From NCBI GenBank assembly GCA_965261595.1, contig CBDHDG010000006.1:1753419-1817418 (forward strand): 64,000 nt of DNA. Direction: 5' to 3'. The DNA is from a bacterium. GTDB lineage: Bacteria > UBA8248 > JACPRG01 > G963555815. Every line of letters begins with the position of its first letter. The first letter of the stretch is position 1. The notes under the pieces are model-generated. The model made no database searches and had not been told where the DNA came from. It saw only the letters and a list, made by a program, of their open reading frames with translations. Shown piece by piece: positions 43,353-50,860 of this stretch. The translations under genes and the position numbers were made by a program.

Positions 43353-43853
43353 CGTCCCCGTTGTGGCCGAGTGTGGCCCCATGTGCAAGCACCCATGCAT
43401 ATACGTTGTCGCCCGCGCTGGTAGGATTCTCACATTGGCTCGGCTCGACGGTGAATCTGAATGCCCGCAGCCGTCTCCGGCACCGTCGCTCCTGTTGCCG
43501 ACATCGACAATCAGCGTTCTTGCATCACGACCGCTCCGTGTGGTGCCCACCCTGCCAGACACGAGTCGTCGCAGTTCCGCTGCTGCATCCGTCTGGCCGA
43601 AAGCGCATCACGCCGCGTGCCGTGTCCACGCGTCCTTCCCCCGAAGCGACCACCGGCCCATCAATCCACTCTACACGACGATGCGGCGGTGTGCTGCGGC
43701 CACCCGCACCGCTTCCGTCGGTCGTGCCGCGCGCCGCCGCCCGCGTCGTGCAACGCATGGCGGCGGAAATGACCGACGGTAACGGGTGAACCCGCAACGC
43801 CGGCGACGATGCGGACCGAGTGAATGACCCCGCCCCGCATCGCTTTCTGAGCA

Positions 43854-43882
43854 TTGCTTTGTTATCTTGTGCTTCCTATAGT
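43854..43882 (+). promoter_or_regulatory. Putative sigma70 promoter
   Basis: TTGCTT-17 nt-TATAGT in an AT-rich patch. Confidence 0.55.
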
Positions 43883-44049
43883 GCCGCTTGGAAGCCGCGC
43901 GGCGGTTCGGGAACTGTTTCCTCAAGTGCGTGGCGGGCGCTGCCGCTCAAGCGCCGCTCGGGCTAAATGCCGGTTGCACAACGGCTTTCATCGCACGAGC
44001 ACTTGAGCAGCCAGGAAGCGGGTTGGGGACGCCCTTCGGCGGTTGGTTC

Positions 44050-44073
44050 TCACACCTGACGCACCCAGGGTGC
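44050..44073 (+). repeat. 24-bp imperfect direct repeat, copy 2
   Basis: TCACACCTGACGCACCCAGGGTGC. Confidence 0.6.
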
Positions 44074-44240
44074 CTTGAGCGAGTCCCGGCCGGTCCCTAT
44101 CAAAAAGCGGATTCCCGTTCCGTATCAGTCCATTGGGACGGTTTCGGCCCGGCCCCGCGATCCCCGCGCGGGCCACGTTCTCTCCCCGTAACCGCGGCCC
44201 TGTCGCACACGGCGTTGTCAGGGAAGCGCGTGCAGGACGG

Positions 44241-44630
44241 TCACCCGGCCCCCGACACATATCTGTCCACCCGGACAACCCGGTCGGCGGTCAGCGTGAT
44301 CTCAAGAACTTGGCCGGCGAGGCCGATATCCGCCAATTGAACCAAGGCGTGCTCGAACAAGCTCGTTTGCGCGTCGAGGCTCATGAGGCCATGCGCCACG
44401 TTCATGCAGACCAGGCCGGGATGGCGGTGCTCCCGCTCCATCAGCGACGTAAAATCCGCCGTGTCGTTCGTCACGAGCACATACCCGTCCCGGCTCGCGC
44501 GCCGGACGAGGAGCCAGTCCTTCCTGGACCTCAACCCGAGCCAGCTCACGTGCGTCGATTGCGGGAACCCCCGTTTTCGGGCGATAGTCGCGAGCGTGGG
44601 GCTCAGACATTCGTCGATCAGGAACTTCAC
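44241..44630 (-). CDS. DUF5615 PIN-like toxin
   Basis: KFLIDECLS...LVTNDTADF; GTGA overlap with the upstream gene. Confidence 0.85.
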   Translation of the reverse strand: MKFLIDECLSPTLATIARKRGFPQSTHVSWLGLRSRKDWLLVRRASRDGYVLVTNDTADFTSLMEREHRHPGLVCMNVAHGLMSLDAQTSLFEHALVQLADIGLAGQVLEITLTADRVVRVDRYVSGAG

Positions 44631-45250
44631 CGGGTCGGAGGCAGCTCGTGGAAGGCGACCTCGCTCGAGATGACCGGCTTCCGGTTGCGCCAGAAGGGCT
44701 CGCCACGGGGACGGCCACGGCGCGGGTAGGCCCGGGCATAGAGGACCGCGGCTTCGATCTGTGCACCAGTGAGCGCCGGGTAGGCGTCGCGGATTGCGTG
44801 AACGCCGTCGCCGTTGGCGAGCATTTCGGCGATATCGTGAGCGGGTATGCGGGTTCCCTTGATGCACGCGGCGCCGGAGAGTACGGCCTTGTCGGCCCCG
44901 ATCATCTTCCGCGCCTTGGCCAGCATGGAAAGCCCTCGCCGGACTTCGCCCTTCATGAGCCGCACGTCCACGGAAACGTGGCTCTCACGCGCCGCCCGGG
45001 CCTCCGGATTGTCGAGGAGATAGCGCACGATCCGCCGGCGTCCATCGAGGGTGAGGGTGTCCGTCGTCTCGTGGGCGAGCTTCAGGCCCACCAAGCCGTC
45101 GCGAAGGACAGCGCGGGAACCCTTGTGGTTTGTGGCGGCGCTGCCCAACAGGCCAGCGTCGATGATGCGGTGGACCTGTTTCAGGGGCACGCCGGTCACA
45201 CAGGCCGCCTCGTTCGCCGACAGGGTCTGGGACGCAATGCTTGTCGCCAT
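44627..45250 (-). CDS. DUF433 antitoxin with N-terminal HTH
   Basis: SGAACIKGTRIP...YPALT...IEAAVLY. Confidence 0.87.
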   Translation of the reverse strand: MATSIASQTLSANEAACVTGVPLKQVHRIIDAGLLGSAATNHKGSRAVLRDGLVGLKLAHETTDTLTLDGRRRIVRYLLDNPEARAARESHVSVDVRLMKGEVRRGLSMLAKARKMIGADKAVLSGAACIKGTRIPAHDIAEMLANGDGVHAIRDAYPALTGAQIEAAVLYARAYPRRGRPRGEPFWRNRKPVISSEVAFHELPPTR

Positions 45251-45438
45251 TATCTTTCCTCCATTCTGGAAGAAATATAGGCGATCGCGGATCGGAATGC
45301 CAGTGCGCTTCCATCATGGACCGATCCCCTGTGTGCGGGTCAAGGCGGTGACGGGTTCGATCCGTATGACCACCCGGAAACCTATGCAAGGGTTCGACGG
45401 TCCCGGTCCACGCTCCCTTGATTCCCGGAGCCATGCGC

Positions 45439-46182
45439 TCACACCCTTCTTACCACCCACAACACCTTGCCGAGGATGTGGACGTCCTGGGCGAGGCATG
45501 CGTAGGGGGCGTAGTCCGGGTTGGCGGAGATCAGCCTGAGCCGGGGCGGTTCGTCCCCGCCCTCCCCATGGCCTTGCACCCTCTCGACCTGCTTGACCAC
45601 CAGCCCGTTGCCGTCCCACAGCACGAACGTCTCCCCCGTTGCCGGCAGCCGGCGCGAGACATCCACCACGATCCGGTCGCCCTCGCGCATCTCCGGCTCC
45701 ATGGAGTTGCCCCGCACCCGGAGGATGCGCACGTTCTCGGGCGCCGCGCCCCCCTCGTAGCGGATCATGTTCTCCGGCCAGTGCCACCGGGCCGTCTCGG
45801 AGACGAACTCCTCGGCGAGCGCTCCCGCCCCGGCCCCGGCCTCCACCGCGATCTCCGGGACGGCCGCCACAGGCGCGCCGGGAAGTCCGACCGGCGGCCG
45901 GGGCCGCCTGCGCTTCATGGGCCTGCGTTTGGGCACGGTCTCGTGGCGCAGCTCCCCGCCGGCGCAGCCGAGCAGGTCGGCCAACGCCTCGCTGTCCCGG
46001 TACCCGAGGACCGCGGGCACCCCCCGGTCCACATACTGCTGCAGATAGGTCTTGTTCCGGCCGATGGCCAGCGACGCGGCGGCGAGGGTGAGGTCGTTAC
46101 GCCTGAGCAGGTCCTTCAGCCTGAGCCGTACCGGGTCCCGCCTAATCGTCTTCCTTTCGTCCTTATTTCCCTCTATATTCAT
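45439..46182 (-). CDS. S24/LexA-CI-like repressor
   Basis: N-terminal HTH (ASLAIGRNKTYLQQY), AGAG cleavage region, VRGNSMEP and VVK catalytic dyad. Confidence 0.9.
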   Translation of the reverse strand: MNIEGNKDERKTIRRDPVRLRLKDLLRRNDLTLAAASLAIGRNKTYLQQYVDRGVPAVLGYRDSEALADLLGCAGGELRHETVPKRRPMKRRRPRPPVGLPGAPVAAVPEIAVEAGAGAGALAEEFVSETARWHWPENMIRYEGGAAPENVRILRVRGNSMEPEMREGDRIVVDVSRRLPATGETFVLWDGNGLVVKQVERVQGHGEGGDEPPRLRLISANPDYAPYACLAQDVHILGKVLWVVRRV

Positions 46183-46269
46183 CCTTTTCCTTCCACCTGC
46201 CGTCTCCCCGGTTTTTTGCCGCACCCCCGCGCATTCCACCGCTGGTGTGCTCAGGAATGTCAATCAACT

Positions 46270-46301
46270 ATAGGTTATACACTATTGATACCTATTGTCA
46301 A
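46270..46301 (-). promoter_or_regulatory. Repressor promoter and operator of the divergent switch
   Basis: Minus strand TTGACA-16-TATAAC; IR ATAGGT-N14-ACCTAT. Confidence 0.55.
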
Positions 46302-46357
46302 GCGGGAACCTTCCCCTTATGTTCTCACACATGATAACGCCCGGCACCCCCTCCGAT

Positions 46358-47092
46358 ATGCCTTTCGACGAGCGCCTGCGCCGGACCGTTGCGGCCTGGC
46401 GCGTACGCCACGGCATGAGCGCCCGGCGCTTCGGCCTGGAGGCCCTCGGGGACCCGGGTTTCGTGGCCTCCCAGATGCGGGGACGCTCGGTGCGGCTGGC
46501 GACGGCGGACCGGGTCCTGGTCTTCATGGGGCATCCGCCTCTGGGCCCTGTGTTCCGGCGCGAGGTCGAGGCGTTCCTGACCGTGACCGGGACCAAGCTC
46601 TCGGTATTGGGCCTGGAGGCTGTCGGCAATCCGTCCTTCATGGGAAGGCTGCGCCGGGGAGTGTCGCCGCGGCTGACCACGGTCGATCGGGTGCGCGCCT
46701 GGATGGCGGCCCAGGCCAGCGCGGAAGAGGCCCGAGCCATCCGCGCCGGGGTGACGGACGCAGCGAACCCATCCGCCGGGGCGATCCTGCCCGGTCCATC
46801 CACCGCTCCGGTCCCGCCTGCCGGGTCCGGGGCCGACCTCGAACGAGAAGGAGACACGCGCATGAACGACAACAACGGCAGGCATTACCTGAGCACACGG
46901 GAGGCGGCCGCATGGCTGGGCCTCTCGCCGAGGACGCTGGACCGCTACCGGGTGAGTGGCGCGGGACCGGTGTTCCACCGGTTCGGGTCCCGGGTGCGCT
47001 ACCTGCTCGCCGATCTGGAGACCTGGGCCTCGGCGCGGCGGCGGATCTCGACCTCGGACGACGGCGAGGCCGGGCGGAGGACGGCGCGATGA
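46358..47092 (+). CDS. Tandem Cro-like domains fused to an excisionase/AlpA-like HTH
   Basis: FGLEALGDPGFV...RLATADRV repeated as LGLEAVGNPSFM...RLTTVDRV; C-terminal YLSTREAAAWLGLSPRTL. Start uncertain. Confidence 0.75.
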   Translation: MPFDERLRRTVAAWRVRHGMSARRFGLEALGDPGFVASQMRGRSVRLATADRVLVFMGHPPLGPVFRREVEAFLTVTGTKLSVLGLEAVGNPSFMGRLRRGVSPRLTTVDRVRAWMAAQASAEEARAIRAGVTDAANPSAGAILPGPSTAPVPPAGSGADLEREGDTRMNDNNGRHYLSTREAAAWLGLSPRTLDRYRVSGAGPVFHRFGSRVRYLLADLETWASARRRISTSDDGEAGRRTAR

Positions 47093-47421
47093 GAACACCT
47101 TCCTTTACCAGGAACGCCCTCAAAGCCGTCGTGGGCAGCGCGCATCGGGTTGCGGCTCCGGCGCTCGTGTTGACGCTGGTTAGCCTGGAGACGGCCTGGG
47201 CCTCGACGGACACGACCTTCTCGAGTCCGCTCGGCACGGTGACCGACATCGTCTCGGGCACGGGCGGGCAGCTCGCGGCCGCGCTGGCGGTGGGCGCCGC
47301 GCTGGTCGGCTCGGTGCTGCGCTTCAACGCCACGCAGTTGATGGGCGCGGTCGGCGTGGGCATCGCGGCCGGGGCCGGCACGGGCATCGTCACCGGCCTT
47401 GTCGGCACGGCGATCGTATGA
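47089..47421 (+). CDS. traA: Conjugative pilin
   Basis: Leader ending AWA, two hydrophobic helices, directly upstream of traL. Confidence 0.7.
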   Translation: MRTPSFTRNALKAVVGSAHRVAAPALVLTLVSLETAWASTDTTFSSPLGTVTDIVSGTGGQLAAALAVGAALVGSVLRFNATQLMGAVGVGIAAGAGTGIVTGLVGTAIV

Positions 47422-47433
47422 GGGGGGCGGACG

Positions 47434-47727
47434 ATGAGCGATCCGGCCCGGCACGCGATCCCCTCGCGTCTGGACGATCCCGAGCGCTGGCTGTTCTGGA
47501 CCCTGGACGAGGCGGCGGCGCTCCTGGGGCCCGCGGTCCTGGGGCTGGCCGCCAACGCCTTCGTGACCGGGCTGGTGGCCGGGCTCGGTGCCTGGGCCTT
47601 GCTGCGCCGGGCCAAGCGGGGCGGCGGCGCGGATGTGGCGATCTGCGCGCTCTACTGGTACCTGCCCGGCTTCACCCTGGGCCTCAAGGGCGCGCCCCCG
47701 AGTCATGTGCGCCGCTTCATCGGATGA
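47434..47727 (+). CDS. traL: F-type T4SS TraL
   Basis: IPSRLDDPERWLFWTLDE...LYWYLP. Confidence 0.9.
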   Translation: MSDPARHAIPSRLDDPERWLFWTLDEAAALLGPAVLGLAANAFVTGLVAGLGAWALLRRAKRGGGADVAICALYWYLPGFTLGLKGAPPSHVRRFIG

Positions 47728-47737
47728 GGGGGCCTGG

Positions 47738-48295
47738 ATGAGACGGGACGTCATGGAAGCGGAGCGGCGGCGGGTGCGCGACGGGCGTGCGGCCCTGGCC
47801 GGGCTCCTGGGCCTCTCGCTCCTGGCCAATCTGGGCCTGAGCGTCGGTCTGGCCTCGGTGGATCGCATGGCGGTGCTGATCCCGGCGGTCACGGGGCCTG
47901 CCTGGGAGGTCGGGAGCAGCCGGGCCGGGCTTCGCTACCTGGAGGACATGGGACGGACCGTGGCGGTGACGCTGCTGACGCTGACGCCTGAGAACGCGGC
48001 GCACGTGCGGGAGGCGGCGGCGCGGCTGAGCCACGCCTCGGCCCGGGGCGCGATCGGGGTCTGGGTCGCGGCCGAGGCCGGTCGCATGGCGCGGCGGGAC
48101 CTTGCGACCGCCTTCTATCCCGAGCGCATCGAGGCGGACGCGGAGAGGTTGACGGTCCTGGTGACCGGAGAGCTCGCGACCTGGATCGGGCGTGAGCCGG
48201 TCTCGCGCGAGCGCAAGCGGTACCGGCTGGCCTTCCGCGTGGATGCCGGCCGGATCGGCCTGGTGCGTTTCGAAGAACTGGAGGACCGAGAATGA
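47738..48295 (+). CDS. traE: TraE
   Basis: N-terminal TM, YLEDM, LTLTPEN; gene order. Confidence 0.85.
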   Translation: MRRDVMEAERRRVRDGRAALAGLLGLSLLANLGLSVGLASVDRMAVLIPAVTGPAWEVGSSRAGLRYLEDMGRTVAVTLLTLTPENAAHVREAAARLSHASARGAIGVWVAAEAGRMARRDLATAFYPERIEADAERLTVLVTGELATWIGREPVSRERKRYRLAFRVDAGRIGLVRFEELEDRE

Positions 48296-49047
48296 AACAT
48301 GCGACGAGAATCCGGGTGTCCGTGGCGGCGCTTCTTTTGGGAACGCTTTTCCACTGCATGCCGGCCTCGGCCATGCAGATCCTGGATGCCGTGGACCACG
48401 CGGAGCTGGAAGCGGAGGTCTCGGACCGTGCGGTGAGCCGCATCGCCCTGGCGAACGACCGGATCGCGCGGGTGATCCGCGGACCGGACGGCTTCCAGGT
48501 CGAGCACGACCCTGCGCGCGGCGACATTTACCTGCGACCCGCGGGCCTCACCGGCGTCCGCGTTGCCCGTGGCGCCCCCCGGGAGCCGGTGACGCTCTTC
48601 ATCGGGACCGTCGCGGGCTTCACCTACCGGCTGGCGTTGACGGTGGCCTCGCGCGGCTCGGCCCAGATCCTGATCCGCAACGCGGCCGCACTGACCAAAA
48701 CGGACGTCCAAGGGCCGGGCGATCGGCGCGTGGGCGCGCTGGTGGCGCTGGTCCGGGCGGTGGCGCGGCGCGAGACCCTGCCGGGCTACGCGATCGAGAC
48801 GCCTTCAGGAACGTTCTACAAGGAAGGTCTTTCAGTCATCGAGATCTGGCGGGGGCCCCGGTTCACCGCCCGCGTGCTGGAAGCGGGCCCCGGCGCGGGA
48901 GCCGGCGCCGAGGCCCTGGCGGGCCGTCTCGCGCCGGGCGCGGCCGCGATCTGGCTGGCGGCGCCGGGGACCGGCCCATCGGGCGGGCGGCTCGTCGTGG
49001 CCGTACATGACGCCTTCCGGACCCGTTCCACGGAGGCGGCGCCATGA
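48292..49047 (+). CDS. traK: TraK secretin-like protein
   Basis: Signal peptide, SRIALANDRI, GDIYLRP; gene order. Confidence 0.85.
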   Translation: MKHATRIRVSVAALLLGTLFHCMPASAMQILDAVDHAELEAEVSDRAVSRIALANDRIARVIRGPDGFQVEHDPARGDIYLRPAGLTGVRVARGAPREPVTLFIGTVAGFTYRLALTVASRGSAQILIRNAAALTKTDVQGPGDRRVGALVALVRAVARRETLPGYAIETPSGTFYKEGLSVIEIWRGPRFTARVLEAGPGAGAGAEALAGRLAPGAAAIWLAAPGTGPSGGRLVVAVHDAFRTRSTEAAP

Positions 49048-50297
49048 GCGGCCCGGACAAGGTCCCCATGGATCCGGAGGCCCGGCGCACCCGTCAGCAA
49101 CAGGTGCTGCTCTTCTCGGGCGTGGCCGCGGCATTGCTGATCGTGTTCGCGGTGTGGTTCTCGGCGGGCGGAGGCGGAGGCTCGCCCCCGCCGACCGGGA
49201 TCGAGGCGAAGCTGGCCGGTCCGGAGACGGCGGAGGTGAGCTGGGTGCGCCGCTCGGAGGCGCGGATCGGCGAACTGGAGACGCGGCTCCGGGACATGGA
49301 GACGCGAAGCCGGCGGGCCGGGCAGGAGAACGCCAAGCTCAGAGAGCGCCTCGCGCGCGGCGCCGAGGACGGCCGGGCGGTGATCGACCAACAGGCGGCG
49401 GCCATCGAGGAACTGCGCGGCCGGCTCGAAGCCCGGACGGCAGGACCGGGTCCGGAGGACCGGACCGCCCCGGGCACGGACGGTTTTACCCGTGCGGTTT
49501 CGAGCCAACCTGCTCCCGGCAAGAGAGCCCCCGCGGCCTCGGATGCCGCACCGGCCGTACCGATGATCCAGGAGTTCGAGAATGATGCGGATCCGGCGGG
49601 GGACAAGAACGCCGCTGATCCGGGACCCCGTTCGCTGGGGTCCTGGCTGCCGGCGGGGTCCTATGCGGACGCCGTGGTGCTGGCCGGCGCGGACGCCTCG
49701 GCGGGCGTCGCCTCCCAGGGCGAGCCGCGCCCGGTGCTCCTGCGGCTGACCGGTCCGGCCCGGAGCGCGGCCGAGGGCGGCGAAGCGCTCGAAGTGGACG
49801 TGGCGGGGTGCACCCTGACCGGCGCCGGCTACGGGGACCTCTCCTCGGAGAAGGTCTACGTCCGGCTGCGGACCCTGACGTGCGCCGGGCCGGATCCGGA
49901 AACCGTGACCGAGACGCAGGTCGCGGGCTTCGTGGCCGGGAGCGGCAAGGTGGGCGTTCGGGGCCCGGTGGTGAGCCGCGAGGGGGCCCTGATCGAGAAG
50001 GCGTTCCTCGCGGGCCTCATCTCGGGCGTGGGCGAAACGGCCGCCAACCTGCTTCAGGCCCCGGCCAGGACAACCTCGGACGGAGCCTTGAACGTATCGA
50101 GCCTAGCCGAGCTCGGCCGGGCCGGTCTTGGCGCGGGCGCGGGCTCGGCCGGCCGCAGGGTGGCCGACTACCTGATCCGCCGGGCCGAGCAGTACCAGCC
50201 GGTGATCCAGCTCCAGACGGGAACGCGGGTGACGGTGGTGTTCATCGAGGGCGCCTGGCTCGACGGGCGCAAGGACAGGAAGAGAGGAGGCCAATGA
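49044..50297 (+). CDS. traB: TraB (VirB10-like)
   Basis: TM plus coiled coil, LPAGSY, GDLSSEKVYVR, GVRGPVVSREG. Confidence 0.9.
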   Translation: MSGPDKVPMDPEARRTRQQQVLLFSGVAAALLIVFAVWFSAGGGGGSPPPTGIEAKLAGPETAEVSWVRRSEARIGELETRLRDMETRSRRAGQENAKLRERLARGAEDGRAVIDQQAAAIEELRGRLEARTAGPGPEDRTAPGTDGFTRAVSSQPAPGKRAPAASDAAPAVPMIQEFENDADPAGDKNAADPGPRSLGSWLPAGSYADAVVLAGADASAGVASQGEPRPVLLRLTGPARSAAEGGEALEVDVAGCTLTGAGYGDLSSEKVYVRLRTLTCAGPDPETVTETQVAGFVAGSGKVGVRGPVVSREGALIEKAFLAGLISGVGETAANLLQAPARTTSDGALNVSSLAELGRAGLGAGAGSAGRRVADYLIRRAEQYQPVIQLQTGTRVTVVFIEGAWLDGRKDRKRGGQ

Positions 50298-50860
50298 GAG
50301 CGCAATCGACGATTCATCCACGAATCGGACAAAGCCGGGCGGTGATCCCCGCGATCCTCGCGGCGGCGCTGGTCCTGGGCGGCTGCGCGGCGACCCACGT
50401 GGGCGACGCCTGGCAATGCCCCCTGGCCCAAGGCGCGGCCTGCACGAGCGTCGCGGAGGCCGATCCGGCGGTCGCGGCCCCCGGCAAGGCGCAAGGGCTC
50501 GCGATCCGGACACCCCTCTACCAATCCAAGACCGGTAATGCCAAAGGGACCGGCACATCCTGCGCCGAAGGCTGCGATCCGCTCGCCTGGCTCGCGAAGT
50601 GGTTCCGGACCGTCGGGGACCGAGACGGCACCGCAGAGAAGTCCACGGAGACAGGGCGTCCTCCTACCGCCGCGGCCCCTGCCGAACCGGAACCCGTTTC
50701 GCCGGACGAAGGATCCCCGGATGAGGCCAATGACCGCCTGCGCACGAAAGAGAGCATCGCGCGGATCTGGATCGCGCCCTTCGTGGACGCCGACGGGGTC
50801 TACCGCGAGGCCCACTGGGTGCGCGCGGTGCTGGAGCCGGCGCGCTGGAGGCTGCCGTGA
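50294..50860 (+). CDS. traV: TraV lipoprotein
   Basis: LGGC lipobox, paired Cys, RIWIAPFVDADG. Confidence 0.85.
   Translation: MRAQSTIHPRIGQSRAVIPAILAAALVLGGCAATHVGDAWQCPLAQGAACTSVAEADPAVAAPGKAQGLAIRTPLYQSKTGNAKGTGTSCAEGCDPLAWLAKWFRTVGDRDGTAEKSTETGRPPTAAAPAEPEPVSPDEGSPDEANDRLRTKESIARIWIAPFVDADGVYREAHWVRAVLEPARWRLP

Noticed and set aside
43353..43562. N-terminal extension of the fused RM gene
   Set aside because: Not protein-like; the plausible start is MTGTNKKL at 43352.
45345..45370. GGTTCGATCC as a tRNA 3' fragment (att site)
   Set aside because: No acceptor stem or CCA follows and the T-arm spacing is wrong.
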